DNA of 64,000 nucleotides from Longimicrobiales bacterium (GTDB taxonomy: Bacteria > Gemmatimonadota > Gemmatimonadetes > Longimicrobiales > Gaopeijiaceae). Under the pieces are notes generated by a model that was given only the letters and a program-made list of their open reading frames with translations, was not told the DNA's origin and did not search any database. The DNA lies in contig OX638356.1 of the NCBI GenBank assembly GCA_951813395.1, positions 349,340 to 413,339 of the forward strand, in the 5' to 3' direction. A program made the translations under genes and the position numbers. Positions 1 to 9,187 of this stretch are shown here, piece after piece; positions within the stretch are counted from its first letter, which is position 1; every line of letters starts with the position of its first letter.

Positions 1-1439
1 GCGCTCAGCTCGCCAAGGAGGATGGACTCGCCGTCCGGGCCGCGCTTCAGCTCGTCGGCGAACCGGGAGAGGCGCCCGTGCCCGGCCAGCTCTTCCGGAC
101 GGTATGCGACGACGAGGTTGAAGTAGCCCTGCGACCATCGCCGGTGCAGGTACTGGAGCACCATGGCCGACTTGTCGTCGACGAAGTGAAAGTCGTCCAC
201 GACCAGCAGAATCGGCTGGGTCTTGGCCATCGTGGAAAACAGGTGGAGGAACGCATCGCCCGCATACCGGGAGACGTGGCCGTCGGCTACTAGCCGGACC
301 CGTCGTGGCATGTGGGTGTCCTCGGCAAACTGGGGCAGCAGCGACAGCATGACGGAACGCCACGGATTGTGCAGCTCCCGCAGGAAGGGGAGCACCCACG
401 GAGCCTTCAGTCCCTGCGCGAGAGAGCTCAGAGGGATGTCCGAGGCAAGCTCCTCCGGGCGTAACCGGATCACCCGGATCCGGCGCGATGAGAGGCCTTC
501 GAGCACCTCGTCCAGGAACCTCGTCTTGCCGATGCCGGCGCTGCCACAGACCGAGATCGTGCCCCAGGGACGGACATCCGGGCTCTGCAACAGGCGCCTG
601 GTCAGAGTTGCCCTTTCGTTTGCGCGTCCCACAAAGGGGATTTTCCTGCCAAGTCTCGTGTAGGGCACGGACCTCAGAGAGACGGCCTCGCCGTAGACGT
701 TCCTGAGGGCTTTGAGAAGCGCTCTGGTTTCCGGTTGCGGCACCCATTCGTCCTCCGCAAGGGCCCGTTCGGCAAACGCCCGGTAGACGTACTCCGCCTC
801 TCGAACCGACCCATACAGAGCGCGCGCATGCATCGCCCTCCTGAGTGCTTCCTCCTCGTTCGGAGATAGCTTGAGGAGAGTTCCCACTGCCTCTTCGGCG
901 ACCATGCCGTTGCGGGTCAGTTCCGCGTTCTTCCAGCTTGCGTGGGCGGCGTTCTCCAGTTTGGCCTGATGCGCGACCTGCTGGCCGCGAATCCAGTCGG
1001 AAGAGGATTCGACGAACTTCTTGGGTAGCGCCGAAAGGAATCCGGGTTCCATCAACGCTGCGGCGGCGCGGAAGTTCTCCGCTCTCATCAGCTCGTCGAA
1101 TTCCTGCAGATCGGTGGCCACCACGTCAGGGTGAGCACGGACAAGTTCGCCATCCAGCGAAACGATCGTGGCTCCGCACCGGTGGTTGATCTGGTAGACC
1201 AGTTGACTGAGCCTGTGGCGCACGGCCTTCGTGTCGGCGTCGCCCCAGAGATGTTCCTGCACGGTGGCACGAGGGATTTCCGCCGCCGGCAGCCCGTATG
1301 TGATGGCCACCAGCGCGCTCTGGAACGGGGAGAGCCTGACGGGGCTGCCGTCCCGAATCAGGATCGGACCGCCGAAAAGACGGAGCAGAAGCCCGGTGTG
1401 TCCCTCAGTGCCATCGGTTGTCGATACGGGCGTGTTCAT
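1..1439 (-). CDS. SARP/BTAD-type winged-helix regulator fused to AAA/STAND-like ATPase (N-terminal part; C-terminus lies beyond the window start)
   Basis: Own translation of the minus strand from the ATG at 1439-1437: MNTPVSTTDG..LRLFGGPILIRDGSPVRLSPFQSALVAITYG..EHLWGD (SARP/OmpR-like wHTH), then a helical BTAD-like region, Walker A SVCGSAGIGKTRFL and Walker B-like ILLVVDDFHFVDD. The frame is open to position 1, and the ORF is absent from the track because it is edge-truncated. Its start overlaps the AraC stop (TGATG). Confidence 0.75.
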   Translation of the reverse strand, partial: MNTPVSTTDGTEGHTGLLLRLFGGPILIRDGSPVRLSPFQSALVAITYGLPAAEIPRATVQEHLWGDADTKAVRHRLSQLVYQINHRCGATIVSLDGELVRAHPDVVATDLQEFDELMRAENFRAAAALMEPGFLSALPKKFVESSSDWIRGQQVAHQAKLENAAHASWKNAELTRNGMVAEEAVGTLLKLSPNEEEALRRAMHARALYGSVREAEYVYRAFAERALAEDEWVPQPETRALLKALRNVYGEAVSLRSVPYTRLGRKIPFVGRANERATLTRRLLQSPDVRPWGTISVCGSAGIGKTRFLDEVLEGLSSRRIRVIRLRPEELASDIPLSSLAQGLKAPWVLPFLRELHNPWRSVMLSLLPQFAEDTHMPRRVRLVADGHVSRYAGDAFLHLFSTMAKTQPILLVVDDFHFVDDKSAMVLQYLHRRWSQGYFNLVVAYRPEELAGHGRLSRFADELKRGPDGESILLGELS

Positions 1440-2302
1440 CATCGGGAACTGCCGGCAGCGCCGCCGGCCCGCCGCCTGGCGGTGGCAGGGGGTTCGACCA
1501 CGGCTCCGGCAACGGAGGGTCGGGAACCCACGACCTTCGAGGTGACGCCACCGATGGCCACCTCGCGAACGAGCCACGACTCGAAGACCCATTCCCAGCC
1601 GTATCGCTTGCGCGTGTGCTGTGGGCGGACGCCGCAAAGGCGATGCATCTGGTTGCTCATGGAGAAGCCGTCCGGGTAGCCCAGCGAGGTGGCCACCTGG
1701 AAAAGGCTCTCCGTGGTGTTCTGCAGCCTTATCGTCGCGCGAATCAGGCGTGCGATGTGAAGCCAGTGGGACGGAACGGGCAGACCGCTATTGAGAAGCC
1801 GGCGGCCGAGAGCCCGTCGGGACACGTACAGGTTTCGGGCCAGGTCGGTGATGGTGCTGAGCTTGGCGCTGAGCTCGATGGTCCGTTGGATGATGGCCCT
1901 GGTGGTCGGATCCACCGAAAAGCCGCGCCAGTCCAGGTAGTCCGTAACGCTGGACGCAAGAGATACCGGTGGTCGGCGTATGACCTGCGCGATCTCGTGA
2001 GGACGCGGTATGTCGTGGTACGGCAGAACCGCCTGGGGCCGGGTCTTTTGTACGGCCCGGAGAATCGGCACCAGCGGCGCGCGCTCGTCGCTGTCCGGCA
2101 AAATGATCGCGAGAGCCACGCCGGCGAGTCGGCTGGTGACGAAGTCGGTCGCGTCGCTCCACCCGTCGGCCTCGAGATCCCAGGCCATGATCCAGCCGCC
2201 GCCGTGCGGCTGCATCGGATCGGCCATGTCGACTTCGTGAAGATGGCTGTACGGCGGCCCCAACAGGGATACCGCACCACGGCGGCTTCGGCTGCTCGGC
2301 AT
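1439..2302 (-). CDS. AraC-family transcriptional regulator
   Basis: 287-aa ORF. C-terminal double HTH typical of AraC/XylS (LSTITDLARNLYVSRRALGRRL..HWLHIARLIRATIRLQNTTESLFQVATSLGYPDGFSMSNQMHRLCGVRP). The N-terminal domain is unassigned. The start may be an internal Met. Confidence 0.8.
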   Translation of the reverse strand: MPSSRSRRGAVSLLGPPYSHLHEVDMADPMQPHGGGWIMAWDLEADGWSDATDFVTSRLAGVALAIILPDSDERAPLVPILRAVQKTRPQAVLPYHDIPRPHEIAQVIRRPPVSLASSVTDYLDWRGFSVDPTTRAIIQRTIELSAKLSTITDLARNLYVSRRALGRRLLNSGLPVPSHWLHIARLIRATIRLQNTTESLFQVATSLGYPDGFSMSNQMHRLCGVRPQHTRKRYGWEWVFESWLVREVAIGGVTSKVVGSRPSVAGAVVEPPATARRRAGGAAGSSR

Positions 2303-2596
2303 TGCGATGTTGCTCCTGGCTTGGGCGGTTCCTTGCCCAGTCAGGCTAGTTTGCCACCATCACCGACCGATCACCGCCACCCCACCCCTCCTCCCGCCTA
2401 CATGGACACAATGGGGCGTGATTGCGCTGAAGACGAGCGGCCACCGTGTTTGTTCGGACGCTCTTCGCGTCCTTCGGTCACCGATTTCCGTCGTGCGGCC
2501 CGCAACTTGCGCGTGGTCCTTGAACGAATGGATCTTGCGGGCTGGACCGTACGCTTGGGTGCCTGCTGTCCGACCCCTGATTCCAACATCGAGTGA

Positions 2597-4222
2597 TTGC
2601 CGAAATTGCCTGACAAGACCGCAGTATCCGCCGCCGAGCCCGACACCACGCTTCTGACCGCGGTGCGCCGTCTGCGCGGTCGCGCCACCCTTGGCGACGT
2701 CGTGTCGGGCACCGGCATGCCCGAGGACCAGGCGGAGGCCGCGCTCAAGGGCCTGCTCGAGACCCATCGAGGCCACCTTGAAGTCTCCGATTCGGGCGAC
2801 CTCCTCTACCAGTTCGACCGCAAGCTGATCGAGCGGGCCCGGGAGCCCTTCGGGGTCCGCTTCCGGAGGGTGGCGTGGTCCGCGTTCAAGACGGGCTTCA
2901 AGGTGTGGACGGCCGTCATGCTGGTCGTCTATTTCGTCGTCTTTGTGGCCCTGATCATCGCGGCCATGACCGCAAACCGGGACGGCCGCGGCTTCGGTCG
3001 GCGCGGCGGTTTCGGCCTGGGCGACCTCTTCATCCTCCATTGGCTCATGGGCGGCAGGGGGTGGAGCCGGGGGGGCCTCTACTACGGTCACAGTCACGCC
3101 AGGCGGCTGCCGAAGGACGCCAGGCCCCCGTTCTACAAGAAGGTCTTCGCCTTCATCTTCGGTCCCGAGGAACCGCGGCCCACGCAGCTGCAGAAGGACC
3201 GGAGCACGCTTCAGTTGGTGCGGGCGCGCAAGGGTGTGCTTACGTCGGCCGAGCTGGTTGAACACACGGGGTTGCCGCTGCCGGACGCGAACGAGGAGAT
3301 GGGACGCCTGACCGGTGCCTACGGGGGTGACCCGCGGGTGTCCGAGAGGGGCGAGGTGGTCTACGCCTTCCCCGGCCTGATGAAGAGCGCCCACGGGAAG
3401 GTCCGGGCGCGCGAACCCAAACCCGCATGGCTTCGCCTGGAATACCCGAAGAAGCTGACCGGCAACAACGCCGGCGCGAACTGGGGCATCGGCGCGATGA
3501 ACGGATTCAACCTGGCGGCGGCGACCGTGATCGGGCTGGGCCCGGCCGTGCAGACCACGACCGCGGCGGCGGTGGCCGTCGATCCGCTTTGGTTCTGGGG
3601 ACTCGGAGTCGTGCCGCTGACGTTCAGCAGCATGTTCTTCGGGATACCGCTGGTGCGCTCGCTGGGCCTCAGACGGGAGAACGCCGGACGCCTGCGCCGC
3701 AACGTGCGCCGTCTGCTGATCGGCCTGGTCTACGGCCGCAGCGTCGGAGCCGTGCGCTGGGTGACCGTCGGCGACGCGATCCGGCATGTAACGCAAAGGC
3801 TGAAGGACTGGAACGTCAGCCCGCGGGTCGTGCTCAGGGAGCTGGAAACGCTCGCGGCCGAGTTCAACGCCGATGTCGAGGCGGTCGACGACGGTTTCCG
3901 GTATCGCTTCCCCGCCATCCGCGAGACCTTCGTGGAAGCCGAGTTGACGCGCCGCGCGCTGAAGCTTGAGGACCGGAAGCTCGGCCGAATCGTCTACGCG
4001 ACGTCCGATACGAGCGAAGAGGCCTCGAAGAGGGACCTGGAGGCGTTTGACCGCGAGTTGAGGCGGGCCGAGGTGGACGTCTCGCGCTACCTGCCGTCAC
4101 CCGGCGAGGTGGGCTACGAGGAGGACTTCGAGGTCGTGATGGAGGAGAAGGCCCCCGCGCCGGTCAGGTCCCGTTCCCGCCGTCGCCCGTCCCGGCCTCG
4201 CTCTCGGCCTCAATGGCGGTAA
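2597..4222 (+). CDS. Hypothetical multi-pass membrane protein with three winged-helix-like repeats
   Basis: 541-aa ORF with a TTG start and strong GC3 bias. Three similar soluble segments each end in an aromatic-x-F motif (..GDLLYQF, ..GEVVYAF, ..GFRYRF). They are separated by hydrophobic stretches (VWTAVMLVVYFVVFVALIIAAM; LWFWGLGVVPLTFSSMFFGIPLV). No family recognised. Confidence 0.6.
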   Translation: MPKLPDKTAVSAAEPDTTLLTAVRRLRGRATLGDVVSGTGMPEDQAEAALKGLLETHRGHLEVSDSGDLLYQFDRKLIERAREPFGVRFRRVAWSAFKTGFKVWTAVMLVVYFVVFVALIIAAMTANRDGRGFGRRGGFGLGDLFILHWLMGGRGWSRGGLYYGHSHARRLPKDARPPFYKKVFAFIFGPEEPRPTQLQKDRSTLQLVRARKGVLTSAELVEHTGLPLPDANEEMGRLTGAYGGDPRVSERGEVVYAFPGLMKSAHGKVRAREPKPAWLRLEYPKKLTGNNAGANWGIGAMNGFNLAAATVIGLGPAVQTTTAAAVAVDPLWFWGLGVVPLTFSSMFFGIPLVRSLGLRRENAGRLRRNVRRLLIGLVYGRSVGAVRWVTVGDAIRHVTQRLKDWNVSPRVVLRELETLAAEFNADVEAVDDGFRYRFPAIRETFVEAELTRRALKLEDRKLGRIVYATSDTSEEASKRDLEAFDRELRRAEVDVSRYLPSPGEVGYEEDFEVVMEEKAPAPVRSRSRRRPSRPRSRPQWR

Positions 4223-4943
4223 AGGCGTCACGCCACCACTCGATGGGTTGAGCGCCCACCAGGGGCACGCCGTTGACCAGGAACGACGGGGTGCCCCGCA
4301 CGCCGAGGCGGGCTCCGGAGAGAATGCCGCTGCGGACCCGGGGACGGTGGCGTTCGTCCGCCACGCAGGCCTGAAACTCCGCGGCGTCCGCGCCGACCTC
4401 GCGAGCGAGTTCTTCGAAGACGGGACTCGGGTCCCCCAGACTCTTCCAGTCGGCCTGGCGTTCGTAGAGCCGCTCGCTCATGGGCGAAAAGAGGTCCTGT
4501 TCGCCCGCGCACTCGGCGGCGTAGGCCGCGGGAAGCCCGTTGGCGAACATGCCGCTGACATAGGTCACATACTTCCAGCGGACCTTCCCGGTCTCGACGT
4601 ACTCTTCCATGAGCGTGGGGAACGTCTCGGTGTGGAACCGGCGGCAATAACCGCAGCCGTAGTCGCTGAACTCGATCACGGCGATGGGGGCGTCCTCGGA
4701 CCCGAAATCGAACCCGATCTCGCCCAGCGAGAACTCCTGGGCCGGCGGTTTGACCGTCGTTCCACCGTCGGATAGCATCGAGGTCGGGATCGACTGGGAC
4801 ACGCTCCCCGAAGCGGTCGCGCTCTCGCCGGCTACGGCCCCCTCGCTCCCGTCCCCGGGAACGCCGCCACCGCCGCCGTCGCATCCGGGCCCGGCAAGCA
4901 GCGCGGCGACCGGCACGAGCACCTTGTGGATATGCCTTCTCAC
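4164..4943 (-). CDS. DsbA-family thiol:disulfide oxidoreductase lipoprotein
   Basis: CGYC active-site motif in a thioredoxin-like context (IAVIEFSDYGCGYCRRFH), with a C-terminal GTPSFLVNG motif. I place the start at the GTG at 4943 (VRRHIHKVLVPVAALLAGPGC signal/lipobox), which overlaps the stop of the RDD gene (GTGA). The ORF-track start at 5159 looks like an over-extension. Confidence 0.8.
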   Translation of the reverse strand: MRRHIHKVLVPVAALLAGPGCDGGGGGVPGDGSEGAVAGESATASGSVSQSIPTSMLSDGGTTVKPPAQEFSLGEIGFDFGSEDAPIAVIEFSDYGCGYCRRFHTETFPTLMEEYVETGKVRWKYVTYVSGMFANGLPAAYAAECAGEQDLFSPMSERLYERQADWKSLGDPSPVFEELAREVGADAAEFQACVADERHRPRVRSGILSGARLGVRGTPSFLVNGVPLVGAQPIEWWRDAFTAIEAESEAGTGDGGNGT

Positions 4944-6058
4944 GATTCTCGTTCTCCTGTTTCCTTCCGCGTCACGTCCGCGAGGTCCCGGCCGGCGCCG
5001 GCGACGTTCGCGGAACTCGAATCCTGACGCCGCCCGGCCCGTTTCGCCACCCCTTCGCCATGGGAGCGGCCGGCTTGCAACGGGTTGGGCATGCGTTCGC
5101 GGATCACGACGGTCTCGGTGATCTTGTCGTGGATCGCCTGGCGGTTCGGGTCCCACCACACCTGTGCGAACCCGAGCAGACCGGTCGCGAGGCCCGCCAT
5201 GTAGCCACCGGCTCGCTCAAGCGACATGTAGAGCCCCAGCGGCTCGCCATTGAGCCGCACCACGCGCAGGCCCATCGCCTTCTTGCCGGGCGTTCGGCCT
5301 TGCCACAGCGCGAGGAAAAGGGTGAGGTAGACGGTGCCCCATCCAAAGATCAGGCCGGCTTCGTCGGCGGCGTCCCGGACCCAGGTGAAGACGGTAGACC
5401 GGGATTCGGCCTCGGCCAGCTGCCCGAGCAGTTCCTCGTGGTCCTCCCGGCTGTCGGCGAGGTCGTCCTCGAGGTCGTCCATGCGGAGGAGCAGCGCGGC
5501 GATGCTGTCGCCGGCCTCCCCCTCGAACCCGCCGGTTCGGGCGGTATCGGTGCCGGGCATTCGCGCGAGCGTTTCGAGGTCAAGGCCGGGGACGGCCAGG
5601 GTGTCCTGCAACGCCCGTATCAGGGTCGTCGCCCGCTCCGTCGCCGCATCGATCCCCTGTGGTGCGGCGGCTCCTTCCGGCGTACCGGTCGCGCCTCCGT
5701 CGGCTGTGGGCACGGCTACCTCGCCGTCCGGTTCCGAGAGCATGCGTATCACGGGCGGGACCAGCGTGGTCACGCCGATGGCGACCACAAAAACCATCGC
5801 TCCCGCGCACCCCAGCGCGAACTTCTGCGCGCGGGTCGCGGTTGCCCCGTCCGTGCGTTTAATGGCCATGCGGAGGAGCATCAGGCCCGCGATTCCTCCA
5901 AGGACTCGCCAGCCCAGCAGTTGCAGGAATCCGATGAGGACCAGGTCCAGGAGCAAGGCGACGAGGCGGCGCCAGGGTTCGGCGAGCGGCGTGCCCAGCA
6001 GATCGGGTGTGACCGAAAACGCGTCGGGCGTGACGATTGACCTCGGGTCGGCGCTCAT
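4940..6058 (-). CDS. RDD-family membrane protein
   Basis: 372-aa ORF. Hydrophobic N- and C-terminal RDD-like segments (WRRLVALLLDLVLIGF.., ..GKKAMGLRVVRLNGEP..WDPNRQAIHDKITETVV) flank an acidic linker. Confidence 0.75.
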   Translation of the reverse strand: MSADPRSIVTPDAFSVTPDLLGTPLAEPWRRLVALLLDLVLIGFLQLLGWRVLGGIAGLMLLRMAIKRTDGATATRAQKFALGCAGAMVFVVAIGVTTLVPPVIRMLSEPDGEVAVPTADGGATGTPEGAAAPQGIDAATERATTLIRALQDTLAVPGLDLETLARMPGTDTARTGGFEGEAGDSIAALLLRMDDLEDDLADSREDHEELLGQLAEAESRSTVFTWVRDAADEAGLIFGWGTVYLTLFLALWQGRTPGKKAMGLRVVRLNGEPLGLYMSLERAGGYMAGLATGLLGFAQVWWDPNRQAIHDKITETVVIRERMPNPLQAGRSHGEGVAKRAGRRQDSSSANVAGAGRDLADVTRKETGERES

Positions 6059-6065
6059 CGGTGTC

Positions 6066-6497
6066 TCAGCGGCGCCGGAGGACCCCGCCCAGGATCAGGC
6101 CGGCGGCTACTCCGGCCAGGGCGGTCACGACGAGTAGGGTCTCCAGGCTTCGGGTCGGCGCGGGGGGCGCGGTCTCGCTGGTCGGGTCGTGCGCGACCTC
6201 CTCCAGCCGAGCGAGCACGCGATCCCGGTCGTCTTCGAGACCGCAGGACGGACACGATACGAAGCCGCGTTCGCGTGCGGTGCGGTTCGTGAAGGCCAGT
6301 TCGCCGTCGCCGTGGGGGCACGGTACGCCTGCCGGCAGCGGAGCGACGATCTCGTAGAGGGTCCCCTTGGACAGCTCCAGATCCCGCGCCAACTGGTTCA
6401 CGCCGGCGTCCGAGTTCCAGTACTGCTCGTTCGCCTGCCTGATCACCTCTTCCGGAACCTGTTTCGAGGCACCCGGGAACTCGTCGAACGTCGCCAT
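6066..6497 (-). CDS. Hypothetical tail-anchored protein with HTH-like segment and CPxH..CPSC zinc-ribbon-like motif
   Basis: 143-aa ORF with good GC3 bias. It is the first gene of the 6497->4164 minus-strand operon. C-terminal TM segment LLVVTALAGVAAGLILGGVL. Confidence 0.6.
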   Translation of the reverse strand: MATFDEFPGASKQVPEEVIRQANEQYWNSDAGVNQLARDLELSKGTLYEIVAPLPAGVPCPHGDGELAFTNRTARERGFVSCPSCGLEDDRDRVLARLEEVAHDPTSETAPPAPTRSLETLLVVTALAGVAAGLILGGVLRRR

Positions 6498-6622
6498 CGT
6501 TTGGAAAGCCAGGGTCGGGGGACACGCTACCCATAAAGGTACAGCGGGCGATACGATGTATACACGGGGAGGGGCGGCGCTGTGCGTCCATCCCCGGCTA
6601 CGCCAACCGACCGGGGGATAGC

Positions 6623-6880
6623 ATGCGCTCGAGAACGAAAGTCGTCGGGAGCCTCGAACGGGTCTACAGGGAAGCCTTCCAGAAGGCGGCCGAGTCCGAG
6701 GACCAGGCGCGCATGGACCGGCTCGATTTCGGCTTTCAGAGGGACCAGGTTCTGCTCGAGGTGTTGCTGGACGTGCGCGAGGGTCTCGCGGGCCTGCGCC
6801 GCCACGAGGCGCCTGACGAGCCGAGTCTGCTGGAGAAGGCCAGGGCCATCCGCGATCTCACCAGGCTGAGGCCACGGTGA
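6623..6880 (+). CDS. Small hypothetical protein
   Basis: 85-aa ORF with an ATG start and GC3-biased codons. Its stop overlaps the GTG start of the next gene (GTGA), which suggests translational coupling. No family recognised. Confidence 0.45.
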   Translation: MRSRTKVVGSLERVYREAFQKAAESEDQARMDRLDFGFQRDQVLLEVLLDVREGLAGLRRHEAPDEPSLLEKARAIRDLTRLRPR

Positions 6881-7428
6881 AGATCTACACGAGGCTCGGC
6901 GACAACGGCAGCACCGGACTGTTCGGCGGCGGCAGGACGAGCAAGGACGACGTTCGCGTCGAAGCCTACGGCACCGTGGATGAACTCAACGCGGTGATCG
7001 GCGACGCGCTCAACCACGTGGCGGAGCGGGCGGTCGTCCGACGGCTGCGGCGCGTGCAATCCGATCTGTTCGCCATCGGCGCCCATCTTGCCACGCCGCC
7101 GCCAGCCGGAGGCCGGCGGGCCCCCGCGCTGCCGGACCTTCCGGCGGAGCGGGTCGCAGCCATGGAATCGTGGATCGACGAGGCGATGTCCGCTACGCCG
7201 CCGCTCCGCAACTTCATCCTTCCCGCCGGCGGTCCCGGAGCCAGCGGGCTGCACGTGGCGCGGGCCGTCTGCCGAAGAGCCGAGAGGCGTGTCGTGACGC
7301 TGGCCGCCTCGGCGCCCGTCGACCCCGAAATCGTCCGGTACCTGAACCGGTTGTCCGACTACCTCTTCGCCGCTGCGCGCCAGGAGAACGCTGCCGCCGG
7401 CGGGCTGGACATCGAATGGCCGGCATGA
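6877..7428 (+). CDS. ATP:cob(I)alamin adenosyltransferase, PduO type
   Basis: N-terminus MKIYTRLGDNGSTGLFGG..RVEAYGTVDELNAVIG is the hallmark of PduO/MMAB-type adenosyltransferases. Length is 183 aa. Confidence 0.9.
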   Translation: MKIYTRLGDNGSTGLFGGGRTSKDDVRVEAYGTVDELNAVIGDALNHVAERAVVRRLRRVQSDLFAIGAHLATPPPAGGRRAPALPDLPAERVAAMESWIDEAMSATPPLRNFILPAGGPGASGLHVARAVCRRAERRVVTLAASAPVDPEIVRYLNRLSDYLFAAARQENAAAGGLDIEWPA

Positions 7429-8282
7429 CCGGGCCGTCGATTCACGAACGCGGCGAGACCACGCCGCCCCACGGCGACGTCATCCGTCTCGATGTCCGGC
7501 GCCCGGCCGACGGCAAGCCCCGCTCGGGCGTGCTGGTCGCTCACGGCTTCAAGGGCTTCAAGGACTGGGGATTCTTCCCATACCTCTGTGAGCGTCTCGC
7601 ACAGGACGGGCACCTTGTCGTCTCGTTCAACTTCTCGCTCAACGGCACGGGACCGGATCTACTGGAATTCACGGACCTGGATGCATTCGGCCGCAACACC
7701 CTGTCCCGTGAACTGGAGGACCTGCGCTGGATGGTGGACCGGATGCATGCCGGTGACTGGAGCGACGGGACCGCGCCGGAGTCCGTGGGCCTTCTCGGCC
7801 ACAGCCGGGGAGGGGGCACCGGCGTAATTGCGGCTGCCGAGCACCAGGGCATTTCCGCTCTGGTGACCTGGGCCGCGGTCGCCACGTTCCACCGCTGGAG
7901 CGAGCAGCACGTGGCGGACTGGAGGTCGCAGGGAGTGACATGGATACCGAACGCCCGCACCGGGCAGGAAATGCCTCTCTACAGGACCTTGTGGGACGAT
8001 CTGAACGACAACGCCGTGCGGCTGGATGTGCTTGCGGCGGCAGCGCGTGTTCGCGTGCCGTGGCTCATTGTCCACGGTTCCGATGACCCGACGGTCGCTG
8101 TCGCGGAGGCCCGCCGGTTGCACGAGGCGGGTCCGGCTTCGTCGCTGCGGGTGGTCGAGGGCTCCGGCCACACTTTCGAGGCCGTGCATCCGCCTCGGGG
8201 AACCACTCCCGGCCTGACGGCGGCGGTCGATGCCTCGCGACGGCACTTTCGGAACTCTTTTCGCCGCCCCCCAGGGGCGTGA
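7425..8282 (+). CDS. Alpha/beta-fold hydrolase
   Basis: GHSRGG nucleophile elbow, with HGSDDPTV and GSGHTF motifs. I place the start at the ATG at 7425, which overlaps the upstream stop (ATGA). The ORF-track start at 7170 overlaps the previous gene. Confidence 0.8.
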   Translation: MTGPSIHERGETTPPHGDVIRLDVRRPADGKPRSGVLVAHGFKGFKDWGFFPYLCERLAQDGHLVVSFNFSLNGTGPDLLEFTDLDAFGRNTLSRELEDLRWMVDRMHAGDWSDGTAPESVGLLGHSRGGGTGVIAAAEHQGISALVTWAAVATFHRWSEQHVADWRSQGVTWIPNARTGQEMPLYRTLWDDLNDNAVRLDVLAAAARVRVPWLIVHGSDDPTVAVAEARRLHEAGPASSLRVVEGSGHTFEAVHPPRGTTPGLTAAVDASRRHFRNSFRRPPGA

Positions 8283-8369
8283 GGGTTGCGACCAGGGTAC
8301 CATTCGACAATCATTCTCGACGATTGCCGAGTCCCGTCGCGTGACATACAAGACGACCAGAGGTGACTG

Positions 8370-8603
8370 GTGACATACATAATTACCGAGCCCTGCATCG
8401 GAACCAAGGATGCGAGCTGTGTGGAGGTCTGTCCGGTCGATTGCATCTATGAGACCGAGGACCAGTACCTCATTCACCCCGACGAATGTATCGACTGTGG
8501 TGCATGCGAACCGGAGTGTCCCGTTCAGGCGATCTTCCCGGATACCGATGTTCCGCCCGAATGGAACGACTACATCGAGAAGAACATCTCCTACTTCGAA
8601 TAG
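8370..8603 (+). CDS. fdxA: 7Fe ferredoxin (3Fe-4S/4Fe-4S)
   Basis: [43 protein letters not shown] is the classic FdxA-type cysteine pattern. Confidence 0.9.
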   Translation: MTYIITEPCIGTKDASCVEVCPVDCIYETEDQYLIHPDECIDCGACEPECPVQAIFPDTDVPPEWNDYIEKNISYFE

Positions 8604-8658
8604 GTCCGGATTCGGACAATTCGGGGCCGCGCCCGCGGCGCGGGCCATGAACAGACAA

Positions 8659-8687
8659 GGGGGGCGACCGGTGATCGGTCGCCCCCC
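8659..8687. terminator. Bidirectional GC-rich terminator hairpin
   Basis: GGGGGGCGACCG - GTGAT - CGGTCGCCCCCC: a perfect 12-bp stem followed by TTGCTTTCGATT on the plus strand and TTGTCTGTT on the minus strand. It sits between ferredoxin (+) and a candidate small minus-strand ORF. Confidence 0.6.
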
Positions 8688-8787
8688 TTGCTTTCGATTC
8701 GGGTTCGCTCGGGAATGGGACTTCCCAGCCCCTGGCGGAATACCCGGCCTGCGTTGGCGCGGCGCGGGCTCTGCCTGCCAGGGATCC

Positions 8788-8967
8788 CTAGATCCCCAAC
8801 TCCCTCAGCTTCTCCAGCCGGATCTTCCCGGGAATGGTCTCGCCGGGCGGAACCCTGTCGATCTTGGTCTCGACGGGCTCCGGCTTGTGATGGCCCTGCC
8901 GGAGAAGCGCGACGCCCGCGGCCATCAGAGCGGCCGCACCAAGCAGGTTGACAGTGGACTTTCGAAT
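8788..8967 (-). CDS. Candidate small membrane protein (59 aa) with non-canonical ATT start
   Basis: Own translation: (I/M)RKSTVNLLGAAALMAAGVALLRQGHHKPEPVETKIDRVPPGETIPGKIRLEKLRELGI*. AGGAGG lies 5 nt upstream of the ATT. There is one TM helix, and the ORF ends just before the bidirectional terminator. It is below the ORF-track size/start filter. Confidence 0.3.
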   Translation of the reverse strand: MRKSTVNLLGAAALMAAGVALLRQGHHKPEPVETKIDRVPPGETIPGKIRLEKLRELGI

Positions 8968-9187
8968 CGCTCCCTCCTGTTGCCTGGAATGTGAATGCCG
9001 ATAACTTCGTGCGAACGACCAAATATATCAGCAATATCCATGCCAACGGTTGCGCTTTCGGGGGTGGTCCGGAGCCAACGTCCGGTGCTCCTTGGGTTTA
9101 CCTGCGGTTTCGGCGAACCGGGATCCCTCGGTGGCCAGCCCGTGCGCGGCTTCCCCATGTCCCACTTTCCTGACGGACAAACGAAAA

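Noticed and set aside
7170-7424. Long N-terminal extensions given by the ORF track for several genes (for example 7170, 9050, 12078, 14234, 29000, 36299, 39188, 54551, 57460, 59307)
   Set aside because: The extensions overlap upstream genes, are Arg/Pro-rich, and precede internal starts that have an SD, a signal peptide or a stop-start overlap. I used the internal starts instead.
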